Shown here piece by piece: positions 12,976 to 25,007 of a stretch of DNA of 64,000 bases (the stretch's first letter is position 1; each line of letters starts with the position of its first letter). The stretch spans positions 3,534,001-3,598,000 of the forward strand of contig OX597829.1 in assembly GCA_951406725.2 (NCBI GenBank), read 5' to 3'. The DNA comes from Octopus vulgaris (Eukaryota). The notes below the pieces were generated by a model. The model was not told the origin of the DNA and ran no database searches. It saw only the letters and a program-made list of their open reading frames with translations. Made by a program: the position numbers and the translations under genes.

Positions 12976-15900
12976 ATGTAACACAGCTACACGAATAGAT
13001 AAAAGAATTTAAAATTTCGGCACAGGGCCAGTAAGATCAAGAGAGTGGGTAAATCGATTACATCAACCCCAGTGTGCAGCTGGTACATATTTTATCGACC
13101 CACAAAGAATGAAAAGAAAAATCAACTTCAGTGGAACTTTAATGCAGAATGTAAAGGCGGACTAAATGCCACTAAGCAATTTTACCGGTGTGTTAACGAT
13201 TCTGCCAGCTAGCTGCTTTACGAATAGAAAAATACGTAACGGTTAGGTTTTAATTAGTGTAGTTACCAATCGTAACGGGTAAGATTGATTAGGTACACAA
13301 TAATATGAAATGTCAGAGTCAGCCGCTGTAATGATAAAAATTTGTTGTTATGACAGCAAGTTGTAAGATGTGAAAGATGAACAATGCATGAAGTTTTAAG
13401 GAAGTATTTATTTACCGTTACGTTACAATACCTTGCCTCGACGAGCAGGATTTGATAAATCTAAAGACATGCGAAGTAAAGTTTGTGTTTGTGTTCTCTT
13501 CATTGTTTAGTAGTAATTATGGAGAGAGATAGAATGATGTTGTAAGAAAACAGAATTAGAGCTAATGAGAGTTGTAGGGTTGTGAGATGTTGTCTCACAG
13601 TTGCTGACAGATAACTTCTTTTCTCCTTCTGACCAAGGTTCTAGCTGGCCAGCTAGACTTCGTTCTCACTGAGTTGTCACCGAGGTGACTGAATTATCTT
13701 TTTGCTTGGGGTTTATGCTTTTATAACTATCCAGAAGGATAGACATCTCATTGAGAACAATATATTTAGTTGGTGGTCTTGTTATCTCTATGCTAGCTTT
13801 TGGTGAAGTAGAAGAGGTTATAATGGTCAAGTGGTGAAGGCATTATTTCGGCCTAGCTAAAGGCAATCTAGCAAATGTAAAACTGCTGTCACAGGAAAAA
13901 ACCATTGTTCCACCATGGGAAAAGTTCTGTTGAAGTGTTAATTTAAATTTGGCTATTTATTATTCTTTCATATTTCATTTCATATTGAATAAATATATAT
14001 ATCACAAAAATTATGTGTATTATCTGTTATATTATCTATAAATAATAATAAATGACTAGTTGTTGATAACTGAAAAAGTTTATTAATCAGTTGCTAATGA
14101 CAACAATGATGCAAACATTGTAAAACATGATGTCAGTTGGAACAGATACTGGAAGAGGAGAGTAATTATAAAACATATCTGTTTATATTTGTTTCTATAA
14201 ACTACAGTGAAGGCAAAACAACTGAGCAGTTCACACTACTCTATGAATACATGCATGCATAGATATATACATACACACATATATATACACATGCACATAG
14301 ATACATACAAACATTCATACATAAACACATAAATACATACATACATACATACACACACATACATATATACATACACACACATATATACATACATACAAAC
14401 AAACATACACACACACACATACATACATACACACACACACATACATACATACATATTCAATCTATTACGGCACAGTGAAGATTTGTAAGACATTCCAAAA
14501 ATTCTTCATCTGAGATTCTTATGTGGTTAGATGCACACATTTGAGTGTGTGCATCAACAGCTCATGCAATGCATCAACTTAACCACATGTTTACAAACAC
14601 CGATAACTCAAAAAGTCTTGTCGCCTTGTTAGCGGCCTACTTGAGATCTCTCGAGAAGAACTTAAATGAAACTCAAAGAATAAAACATACATAAACACAG
14701 GTGTATGTATGTATATGCATACGTACATAAACACTCACACACATTCTTACATACACGTATATCTGCACACACACACACACATTGCTCAAATTTACAGAAA
14801 ACAAAAGACGAAGATAGGTGAAGGAACAACAAGCAGGTGTGTTAGTTGAACGCATGTGTGCATTCAATATAAGAATTTTATATTCTCCCCAGAAATTTAA
14901 ATTTTTCTATTTTGTGGTTATGGCATCATAAAACCAAATTTTTTCCAGAGATTTGCTTTCACTAATTGTCTGTCTCTTTCAACTTTTCGCGGTGGTTAGA
15001 GGCCAGGGAATTTGTGCGCCAGGGGGTGTACCCAAACATCTGAGGACGATGTTTGAGGGATTGTTTTAGGCACCTTTGAATTCTTGAACACATAAATGCA
15101 ACATGCTGGTTGGTAGCGTAACATAGTTACAAGGTATTCAGTAGCATTCCTCTGCCCGGATGAACTCTTAACCAGGCCATTTCAGGAGAGAAAACCTGGG
15201 GGTTCGAACCAGAAACACATACTCCATTCTTAATAAATTCATGCAACATATTTTATGTATGTACGTGTATATTATTGTGTGTGTGCGAGCGCACTTACAT
15301 GCTTACACACATACATTTTGTTCTCATGATGGCCTGTCTATCATTCTGTATACACGTCACGCATAATAACATACAGACACAATGTTAACATGTCAGTAAA
15401 TCTCTTAATCTTACGCGGTTGTGTCTGTTTTTCCATCTGGCAAGTAAATGGTTCTATCAGTTCTCTCTTTTATTGTAACGGCTGTGTGATGTGGTACTAA
15501 AGAGCCATTCTCTGCACCTCAAATCGCACAGTCCTTACAGAGCTGCTCAGATATACGCAGCAGCCGACCCCCATCGCTCTCTTGGATGATAAGGAGTGGA
15601 CTTTGTAACTAACATGGGCCACTCACGTATATGTTGCTGACTTACATGTTTTCAACCCATGCTAGCATGGAAAGCGGATGTTAAACGATGATGATGATAG
15701 GTCTGCATGCTTCGACATCTTCCGATCACCGCTGGACTTTCCAATAATAAAAAACACTTAAGTTCAAAGTTAAAAGTTAAAGCAGCAAAATGTCAGCAAT
15801 GCATATGCATGATTTTAGGTTCATATAAGGCTGGCACCATACCTCACACATCCTTTCTGCCCTATTGACATGATCCAGAGAGAAACTGAGGGAAAATATT

Positions 15901-16221
15901 CAAGTACCAATGAGGGTGACAATCTCAGGAGTGTGGGGGTGCTGTGATCTCGAGTGCAGATTAAAGAACCCCAAAATGACCACTGTCATTCTCCACATAT
16001 CCGGTTTTAAACCAGGGTGACCTTCTCCCCTTAAGACATGCTTTAACAAAAGCTGAGGAGTGTCTCATTACCAGTGGTCTTCCAGTACACCAGACACCAA
16101 TCCGGAGTTTCTGAGAGCCAGTGCTATTGATAGATATTGAACCCACATTGGATTTGTCTTGCCTTTTGCTAGGTTTTGTTTTTAGTCCTGCTGGTTTTCT
16201 AGCAACCCTTCTTAACAGGAG

Positions 16222-16253
<32 letters not shown>

Positions 16254-16394
16254 ATGTATGTATGTATGTATGTATGTATGTATGTATGTGTGTGTGTTTG
16301 TATGTATGTATGTATGTATGTATGTATGTATGTATGTATGCATGCATGTATGTATGTATGTATGTATGTATGTATGTATGTATGTATGTATGTA

Positions 16395-16430
<36 letters not shown>

Positions 16431-16562
16431 GTTTTTAGTCCTGCTGGTTTTCTAGCAACCCTTCTTAACAGGAGGTGTGTGTGTGTGTATGTATGTATGT
16501 ATGCATGCATGCATGCATGCATGCATGTATGTATGTATGTACGTACGTACGTACGTACGTAC

Positions 16563-16594
<32 letters not shown>

Positions 16595-16615
16595 ATGTGT
16601 GTGTGTATGTATGTA

Positions 16616-16646
<31 letters not shown>

Positions 16647-16681
16647 ATGTATGTACGTACGTATGTATGTATGTATGTATG

Positions 16682-16715
<34 letters not shown>

Positions 16716-16751
16716 TGTATGCATGTTTGTATGTATGTATGTATGTATGTA

Positions 16752-16782
<31 letters not shown>

Positions 16783-16945
16783 ATGTATGCATGTATGTAT
16801 GTATGCATATATGTATGTATGTATGTGTGTATGTATGTATGTATGTATGTATGCATGCATGCATGCATGCATGTATGTATGTATATATGCATGTATGTAT
16901 GTGTGTGTGTACACATGTATGTGTGTATGTATGTATGTATGCACA
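16222..16945. repeat. Compound microsatellite (TATG)n/(TG)n; similar tracts at 14255-14455, 6949-7044, 38990-39150 and (ACT)n at 41537-41625
   Basis: Directly visible; explains the YVCM/HTYI ORFs in the track. Confidence 0.98.
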
Positions 16946-17196
16946 TGCAAAGATAAATAGATATTTTGCTAGATAGACAGACAAATGTAGATATGAATTC
17001 AATCATATATACATACATGCATACGTGTGAATGTGTGTGTGAGTGTACGTATGTAAATGCACATATAAATACTTACACACGCACAGATGTATGTATGTGT
17101 ATATTATTTAAGTACACAGAAATGTATGAACATCTATATATACATGTCTACATCTTTTTATATTTGTGCTTGTGTTTGTAAGTGTGTGTGAAAATG

Positions 17197-17606
17197 GGAT
17201 CTTTTCGGTTTGAACGGCAGTTTTTAACATAATTTCTTGGTAAATAAAAAATTTTATACTTTGTATACTGGTAGAATGTGTTTATAAAACATCTTTTTCT
17301 CTTGGCTTTATTGAGAAAATTCTGTAGTTTGTAAGATATTTGTTGTTTTTTTTCTTCAATTTCTGCAATTTCAACCAATCAGTGACGTCCATTGAGGTGA
17401 AAAACATTCTGTGCCATATGAATATGTCCCTCGTTTAAGAAATAGATTGGGTTTATTTGTGAAGAAAAAAAGATACCCTTCCCCCACCCCTAACCCTAAC
17501 CCTAAAAGAGATTGAAATGCAATAGATCGATACTGGGGTCATAATTATGGGTGACAATTTCATATGACATCACTAGAAAAAACTGCCGTTCAAACCGAAA
17601 AGATCC
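17197..17606 (-). mobile_element. Merlin-like MITE, copy 4 (inverted)
   Basis: Same TIRs and internal sequence in reverse complement; TSD not clearly preserved. Confidence 0.88.
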
Positions 17607-17639
17607 AAAAATTTAACCAACACCAAAAGTCTAACAGAA

Positions 17640-17905
17640 GAAATGACAGATGTTTATGTGCAAATCCTTTTGATGCTCCCAGAGTGATATACACTATGTT
17701 TCCAGTAACTGTGATGGTTTTAGGAGTGTTGAGTAATGAAATCATGCCATGCTTCCTCACATCATTATACAAGATGTTAGAATTATTGCTGCTGGTTAAG
17801 TTGAGGTGCAGGAGACAGCTATTAAGTCGTGAATGAAAGAAACACACAGTGGAAAGCCACGTGTATTTCAACAAGAATCAGCGCTTTCTCACACAGGCCA
17901 AGGAA
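17640..17905 (+). mobile_element. Tc1/mariner-superfamily transposase remnant
   Basis: FPVTVMVLGVLSNE..MP and GKPRVFQQESALSHT resemble the VMVWG and FQQDGAPAH motifs. Confidence 0.6.
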
Positions 17906-18607
17906 TCGCAAAATAGCTGTCAGATACTTTTAACAAAAAGCTACAGAATACCTTAGCTAAGATTTGAAAGCGAATCCACATTTTCCCCACATAGTCAAAC
18001 ATGTTCCTGGCCCATTCTCTTAGCTTTTTATTACTGAGAGATTAAATATAGGACACTTAGTGCTTGGTGTAGGAATTGCAGTGAGAACAGAGGACAAGTG
18101 GATGACGGGCAAGGCTGTCTAGCAGGCCTTAGAGCAACTGACATACAATGATTTTGTTGGATGTGTGGCAAGGGGCAGGGCTAGATCCGAAAGCTTGGCA
18201 ACACAATATGACACGGTTAGCAAGAAGCAGAGGAAGATGGTGTAGGAGAAATGGAGAGCATTAGTGAAGGAAGAATGGGTAAGTAGAGCAGAGGCAATGT
18301 GAAGACAGGGCGCCTAGATGAAGTGGGAGCAGGCGATGGAGTAGAATGTCATCTGGAAGGATATCTGCAAGTAGAATCCACAGAAGATGTAGTATATGTT
18401 CCAGGGAATGGAGTCTATGATGTCTACTCCGACCCGTCTAACATATTTTCATGGTGCTTAGTGAAAATCCGTGTCCTAAGAAAGGTGGCCTTGAGCACAT
18501 CTTAAAACCACTCTAAGGCATTGAAGCTATTGCTAGAGACACGGTCAGGTCCTCAAACCATAGCTGAGTCAATCATCGGCAGCACTACAGCCAGAACTAT
18601 ACACCTT

Positions 18608-18881
18608 TGTGGTGTCGGTGGAGAAGACGACAGATAGGGGAGGGCGGAAGTAGGGCTTGCAGGGTGCATGCGTGGCAGGAAGCGGAAGCGGTGAAGGACA
18701 ACGCATGTTTGGCATCAACGAAGCGGCAGTTCGAGCTGAGACGAGGAAGCGATGACACGCATTGACTTTGTTGAGAGAGATCTGATCTTCGCTGAGTTTG
18801 GTAGACTAATCTTCGCCGAGGTAAGACCTAATTATATTTCCTTTCTCCTTTTCTGTTGTCCTCTTCATAATTCACACCACA
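18608..18881 (+). repeat. 5' LTR
   Basis: Direct repeat of 22572-22845, about 16 differences in 274 nt by manual alignment. Confidence 0.95.
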
Positions 18882-18934
18882 AGCTATTTTGGGGTATAAA
18901 CAAAAACAATTCTCACACGGTTTTATAAATAAAA

Positions 18935-19666
18935 ATGATGATGAGTGCCCATATTTCGCACGAAATATTAAAACCGTTTTGCGGCGACATGGATGTAGTC
19001 GCTTGGCTGAAGAAAGTGAAGTTGGTGGCGAAGCTCCATGGTATAGGTGACCTGGCGAGCTGCATGCCGCTGTACTTGGATGGTCCGGCGTTGGCATTGT
19101 ATTTAGAGATGGAAGAGACAGACCAACTTAGCGTGGAGAAAGTGGAAGTCCGGTTGATGGAGGCCTTTGTGGAGGGAATGTTTGAGGCATACGCTCGCCT
19201 GGGTAGAACAAGATGGACTGGGCAAGAGGTGGACGTGTTTGCCAATGAACTTAGGAGATTGGCTAAACTGGCAGGTTACGAGGGAGAGTCGCTGGACCGG
19301 ACGGTTAGGTTGGCGGTCGAGCTACAGCAGCTTCCGAATGTGCATTCGATGCCGATGGCGGACATCATATCTTGGGCATGTGTACTAGTTTCGTGCAGCA
19401 GGATGACGTCGGTAGCAGTGACTGCAACATCGAAAAGTGGCCCAGCTAGGAGCAGCGGAGAGGGGCTAAAGAAAGAACATGTGTGACCGTTCAAAGGACA
19501 GTGTTTCCAGTGCCAAGGTCCACACATTGTGCGTGACTGCGTGTCACTCAAGCCTGAGGTGATTTGCTACTGGTGTCGAGAGCTGAGGCATATAGCTAGC
19601 GAGTGTCTGCGGGGAAACGGACTGTGGGAGACTACTGCGCTGGTAGTTGTCCCTTTGGATCAGTAG
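18935..19666 (+). pseudogene. gag of the LTR retrotransposon, interrupted by TGA at 19484-19486
   Basis: Reading through the TGA gives two zinc knuckles (CFQCQGPHIVRDC, CYWCRELRHIASEC) before TAG at 19664-19666. Confidence 0.9.
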
Positions 19667-22504
19667 AGGCGCGCTTATCATCGCTACCTGTGGTCGACAT
19701 TCTGGTGGAGGGGAAGATGTCGCGAGCCCTTGTGGACACGGGCTGCACGACAACCCTGATGACTGCAGAAGTGGCAGAGATGTGGAGTGGAGGAAGCAGT
19801 GTTAGAGCTGTCGACGGAAGAGAAGTGCACTGCGAAGGGGTTACAGATGCGTGGATTGTAGTGCAGGGACTACAGCTGACGCTGTGAGCGATTGTGGTTG
19901 GTCCCTTGGTGGACGAGATCGACGTGGTGATGGGGATGGATGCAATAACCCGCTTGGGAGGTGTCACCATTAACGAGGCTGGTGTAACATTTGGGTTAGT
20001 GGGGAAACCGTGTAGGGCGAGACCATGCACCGGTGACAACCATGAGGAAAAGGATGCTGCACACACCATTGAAGACCAGGATTTTCGGGCTGTCTTTGAT
20101 GGCAAGAGGTGGACAGTGGAGTGGCACTGGAAGGGAGAGCCCCCGATGTTAAAGAATAAAGTGGGCTGCTATCAGCATACTCTAAAAGGAGATGCCAGAA
20201 GTGAGTTCGAGGGGGAGGTGGAGCAGTGGATTAAGGAGGGCATATTGATCCCTTGGGAAAAAGAAGAGAGCGGAGTCCTGCCACTGGTGGCGGTGATACA
20301 GCCCACAAAGCATAAGGTCAGGCCAGTGCTTGACTTCCGAGAGTTGAATGACCACGTATCGTGTCATACAGGCGGCGAGGCCACGGATGTCTGCGGAGAC
20401 ACCTTGCGAGAGTGGAGGCAGATGACAGGGGCCTCCATGATTGTTGATTTGAAGTCGGCATACCTACAGGTGCATGTGGCTGAGAAATTGTGGAAATACC
20501 AGCTTGTCAGGTATAAGGGCCGGACGTACTGGTTGGGGTTCTGGCTGAATTCAGCGCCAAAGATTATGGCAACAATTCTAAAGGCCATCCTGGGAAAGGT
20601 GGACAGAGTAAAAAGGGCCACCAATTCGTATATCGATGACATTCTGGTGGATGAAACCGCAATACCAGCAACGGAGGTCATAGGCCACCTGAAGAGTTTT
20701 GGACTGATCGCCAAGCCACCAGAGGCTATGGAGGGAGGTGCTGCACTGGGCCTCAAGCTATGGAGAGACAAGGCCGGTGCCTTGGTGTTCCGGCGAGGGA
20801 ATGAGGTCCCTGAACTGGGCGCCAGCATGAGTAGACGGGAACTGTTCTCTGTGTGTGGGAAGCTGGTGGGACATTACCCGATTGCAGGTTGGCTCCGGAC
20901 AGCATGTAGCTTCATCAAGAGACGAGCCGAAGGAGTGAAGTGGAATGATAGAGTGGGGGAGAAGACGATCGACATGATGCAGGAAGTCTTGGTCAGAGTA
21001 GGAGCAGAGGACCCAGTGAGGAGCAGCTGATATGTTCCCAAATCAAAGAGTGGGATTGTATGGTGTGACGCCAGTAGCATCGCAACAGGGGTTGTCTTAG
21101 AAGTGGGAGGCGTCGTGGTGGAAGATGCAGCCTGGCTCAGGAAGACGGATGACTGCAATCATATCAATGTGGCGGAGTTGGATGCCGTGTTGAAGGGGGT
21201 GAATCTAGCCTTGAAGTGGGGGTTGCACACCATAGAAATCAGGACTGATTCGGCCACTGTACTTGGTTGGGTGACAGCAGTCATCACCAATGAGCGGAGG
21301 GTGTGGACCAAAGGGGCTGCAGAGAATCTGGTAAAGCGTCAATTGGGAATACTGCGTGAACTAACCACTGAGTTCAATCTGAAGCTGAGAGTGATCTTTG
21401 TGCTTTCCGAGAAGAACAGGGCAGACGTCCTGACCAGGATAAAGCGAGCCTGGTTGCAGGTGCCAGAGGATGCGAAGCAGGCTGTAGCTGCAGTATGCCG
21501 TCTAAGTGACTCGGAGTTGTGGAGACTGCATACCATGCATCACATGGGTGTGGATAGGACATTGTTCCTAGCCAGAAAAGTTGACTCCGACGTAACAAGA
21601 CAGAGCGTGCAAAGAGTGGTTAGCAGTTGTGACAGGTGCCAGTCCATCAACCCTGCTCCGGGCGTACATGAAGCGGGAAGTATTCCAGTGGACCATGACT
21701 GGAAACGACTGGCGGTGGACATAACACACTACTGGCAGGGGACATACCTCTCAATGGTTGACTGCGGACCGGGGCGGTTGGCCATATGGAGGGAGATGAA
21801 GACGGAGACCGCAGAAGAAATTGTGAAAGTGTTGAATGAGATATTCCTGGAACGAGGCCCCGTGGATGAACTGCTTCTGGATAATGGCACTGCATTTCGC
21901 TTGGATATGCTGAAAGAAATGCTTGATGGGTGGAAGGTCAACCGCTTCTTCAGGGCGGCATACCGGCCAAGTGGAAATGGGGTGGTGGAAAGGCATCAAT
22001 TGTACCATCAAGGCCATGGCAGAGAGGGGTCACATTTCACCAATCGACGCTGTATTTTGGTACAATATGTCGCCCAGATCAGGACAGGCTGAGGAGTCGG
22101 TGCCACACAGGGTAATATTAAGGTACGAGTGGAGGCATCCGTGTACTGCATCAATGCAACCCGGGGCAGAGGAAGAGCATGCCTTCGTGCAGGTCGGGGA
22201 AGAAGTTTGGGTAAAACCCCCAAATGCACGGTGTACATCACAATGGGGAAAGGGGACAATAACCTCTGTAAATTCAAAGAATAACATCTCGGTCGATGGT
22301 ATGCCACACCATGTTTTGGATATACGGAGGATTGTCCATGCCTCAGAGGATGGGACCAGCAGCAGTGGGCAAGACGAAAACAACACCAGTAGACAGGAGG
22401 ATGAGGCCAGCAGCAACATACCAGGAACCAGTCCTAGGGTCGCACTGCGACCACAGAGGGAACGGCACCCTCCTCCCTGGTTGGCTGATTATGAAACCAG
22501 TTAA
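19603..22504 (+). pseudogene. pol (aspartic protease, RT, RNase H, integrase) with in-frame stops at 19885 and 21028 and a frameshift near 22000
   Basis: Motifs ALVDTGC (protease), VDLKSAY and YIDD (RT), WCDAS/NVAELDA/RTDS/NRAD (RNase H), HH-CC plus RLAVD, LLDNG, GNGVVER (integrase). Confidence 0.93.
19612..19653 (+). promoter_or_regulatory. -1 programmed ribosomal frameshift signal (gag-pol)
   Basis: G GGA AAC in the gag frame (19612-19618), 7-nt spacer, hairpin 19626-19653; pol lies in the -1 frame. Confidence 0.85.
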
Positions 22505-22571
22505 GGTGCGAGTTCGGGAGCGGGGAGCGAGTGAGAAAGCCGGTTCAGTGATCTGTAGATCAGGGGGGGCG

Positions 22572-22845
22572 TGTGGTGTCGGTGGAGAAGAGGACAGATA
22601 GGGGAGGGCAGAAGTAGGGCTTGCAGGGCGCATGCACGGAAGGAAGCGGAAGCGGTGAGGGACGACGCACGTGTGGCATCAACGAAGCGGCAGTTCGAGC
22701 TGAGACAAGGAAGCGTCAAGACGCATTGACTTTGTTGAGAGAGATCTGATCTTCGCTGAGTTTGGTAGACTAATCTTCGCTGAGGTAAGACCTAATTATA
22801 TTTCCTTTCTCCTTTTCTGTTGTCCTCTTCATAATTCACACCACA
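22572..22845 (+). repeat. 3' LTR
   Basis: Direct repeat of 18608-18881; preceded by a polypurine tract. Confidence 0.95.
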
Positions 22846-23208
22846 ACTTTATAAAAGAGGTGGGGAGAAGCCAACAAAAAGGACCTGACAGCGGCTCCAT
22901 GGGTTTACTTTCCACAGATAAATTTTGAGAGATAATTTTAACATATCAAGAATTTACGTTGTATGTTATTTAATATACCTGTATTTGCCTATGCTGTTTA
23001 AATACATGCTTCTAACTATTCTGAGTTATTTGTCTCGCCCCACTCGTGTTAAGATTATTAATTTTAGTTTGTTTATTCTTTTCTACTCTAGACACAAGGC
23101 CCTAAATTTTGGGGGAGCAAGGGCTAGTCAATTAGATTGACCCTAGTACGCAACTGGTACTTAATTTATCGACCCCGAAAAGATGAGACACAAAGTCAAC
23201 CTCGGTGG

Positions 23209-23617
23209 GGATCTTTTCGGTTTGAACGGCAGTTTTTAACATAGTTTCCAGGTAACTAAAAAATTTTAAACTTCGTATACTGGTAGAATGTGTTTATAAA
23301 ACATCTTTTTCTCTTGACTTTATTGAGAAAATTCTAGAGTTTGTAAGATATTTGTTGGTTTCTCTTCTTCAATTTCAACTAATCAATGACGTTTATTGAA
23401 GATGAAAACATTCTGTGCCGTATGAATATGTCCCTCGTTTAAGAAACATATTGGGTTTATTTACATTTGTGAAGAAAAAAAAGATACCCTTCCCCCCACC
23501 CTAACCCTAACCCTAAAACAGATTGAAATGCAATAGATCGATACTAGGGTCATAATTATGGGTGACAATTTCATATGACACCGCTAGAAAAAACTGCCGT
23601 TCAAACCGAAAAGATCC
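23209..23617 (-). mobile_element. Merlin-like MITE, copy 5 (inverted), flanked by a ~120-bp direct duplication
   Basis: Same TIRs; flanks 23089-23208 and 23618-23746 are direct repeats. Confidence 0.9.
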
Positions 23618-24608
23618 TAGACACAAGGACCTAAATTTGGTGGGGGGGGGGGGAGCGAGGGCTAGTCGATTAGTTCTACCCTAATACACAACTGGTACTT
23701 AATTTATCGACCCCGAAAGGATGAAACACAAAGTCAACCTCGGTGGAATTTGAATTCAGAGCAAAAAGACAGTCGAAATACAGCCAAGCATTTCGCCCGG
23801 CAATTCTAACGCTTCTGCCAAATCGCTGCCTTATTTTAGTTTATTCATTGTTTCACGTATCATCAAACGGATAATTTCAGAGCCGTAAACTTTTTATATT
23901 CGACACCGTTGAAACACTTAGTTTTTCTTTCAGTTCCATAGTTTCACATTTTTTCAAACCGATGCCTTCTTCTCTTCACAAACTTTTTCCCGAATCAGAC
24001 ATGCATGTAAGTTGGAGTTTATTGCTTCTTTACACATTCACTCGCGTGAGTGTCTATGCACGTATTTATGTATGTCATAATATTGGTTTCATATTTTGGC
24101 CCCAGGGAGCAGAACTTAAATTGCGTTGACCCCCAGGGCCAAGCTGGCGGCACATAAAATTACTATCGACCCCCGAAAATATAGTCATATCTACACAAGT
24201 GAACTCCCCACGACCAATTTCTTTCATCATAACATATCTACAAAATGAAACTCGAAAGATTGTGCTTTGTGTGTGTGTGTGTGTGCTGACCAGTTTGTTT
24301 TTCCACTTTAAATCCCGATATAATCGGAATCTTGGCCATGTGAAAGGTATTTGTAGAAATTTATGGAGAAACAAAGTTGTGGTGGTGCCAGGGTAGATTC
24401 TTGTGTAGGTATTCCAAAAAATGAAAGGCAAAGTCGACCTCAGCGAAATTTAAACCCAGAACCTAAAAGTCAGACGAAATGCCGGGGTGCGAACCTTTCT
24501 GACACGAGATGTTCATCACTATCGATCTGTCTATTAGTGATTATTTATATATATGTCATGTTACTTTTATATAAAAACGATTAAACCGAAGGATTTACAC
24601 AATATATT

Positions 24609-24772
24609 GGCGTTACTTCGGTATAGGTACCGGAAGTACCGGCTACATTTCAAGAAAGTGTTTATATATATATATATATATGGGGGGGGGGTTAGGGATG
24701 GGAGAAAAGGGTTTCTGTTATCTCCAGAAATGTAAACAAAGCCACTTACGGTACCTATACCGAAGGATCGTC
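24609..24772. mobile_element. Small TIR element (~165 bp) related internally to the Merlin-like MITE
   Basis: Inverted arms CTTCGGTATAGGTACCG(G/T)AAGT; internal GGGTTAGGG...AAATGTAAA similar to the 410-bp family. Confidence 0.65.
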
Positions 24773-25001
24773 ATATTATTTAGTAAAGTGTATGTTTAGT
24801 AAATTTTATCAAGGAAACGTTTGACAGTGACTTCTAAGTTTTGGTTTCTTTGAACACACGTTCGTGTGTTTGTGTTCTTGCCAGAAAAGGCGCGAGACTG
24901 ATATTAAAATATAACTATTTAAAAGAAACTAAAATACAATTTAACGGCCTATAAATCATCTAAACTTGGGATGTTTTGATAAAGAGAAAGCGAAACCCAA
25001 G

Positions 25002-25007
25002 ATGAAA
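25002..25007 (+). CDS. THOC6: THOC6 candidate first coding exon (ATG AAA = MK)
   Basis: caagATGAAA|GTATGA gives a phase-0 donor matching the phase-0 acceptor at 29619; lies in a CpG-retaining region. Only two codons, so weakly supported. Confidence 0.5.

Larger units (their letters stand above)
18608..22845 (+). mobile_element. Full-length, decayed Gypsy-type LTR retrotransposon (4238 bp)
   Basis: Two 274-bp LTRs with TGTGGTGT...ACACCACA ends; G-rich PPT (agggggggcg) before the 3' LTR; gag then PR-RT-RH-IN order; imperfect TSD (ACCTT/ACTTT). Confidence 0.95.

Noticed and set aside
13326-13893. Possible solo LTR (TG...CA ends, antisense AATAAA)
   Set aside because: No matching TSD or second copy in the window; cannot be supported without a genome search.
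16121-17018. Long ORFs on both strands (YVCM/HTYI repeats, up to 267 aa)
   Set aside because: Translations of a (TATG)n microsatellite; not genes.
17488-17505. (CCCTAA)n as an interstitial telomere or fusion site
   Set aside because: Only 2-3 units, and part of the MITE interior in every copy.
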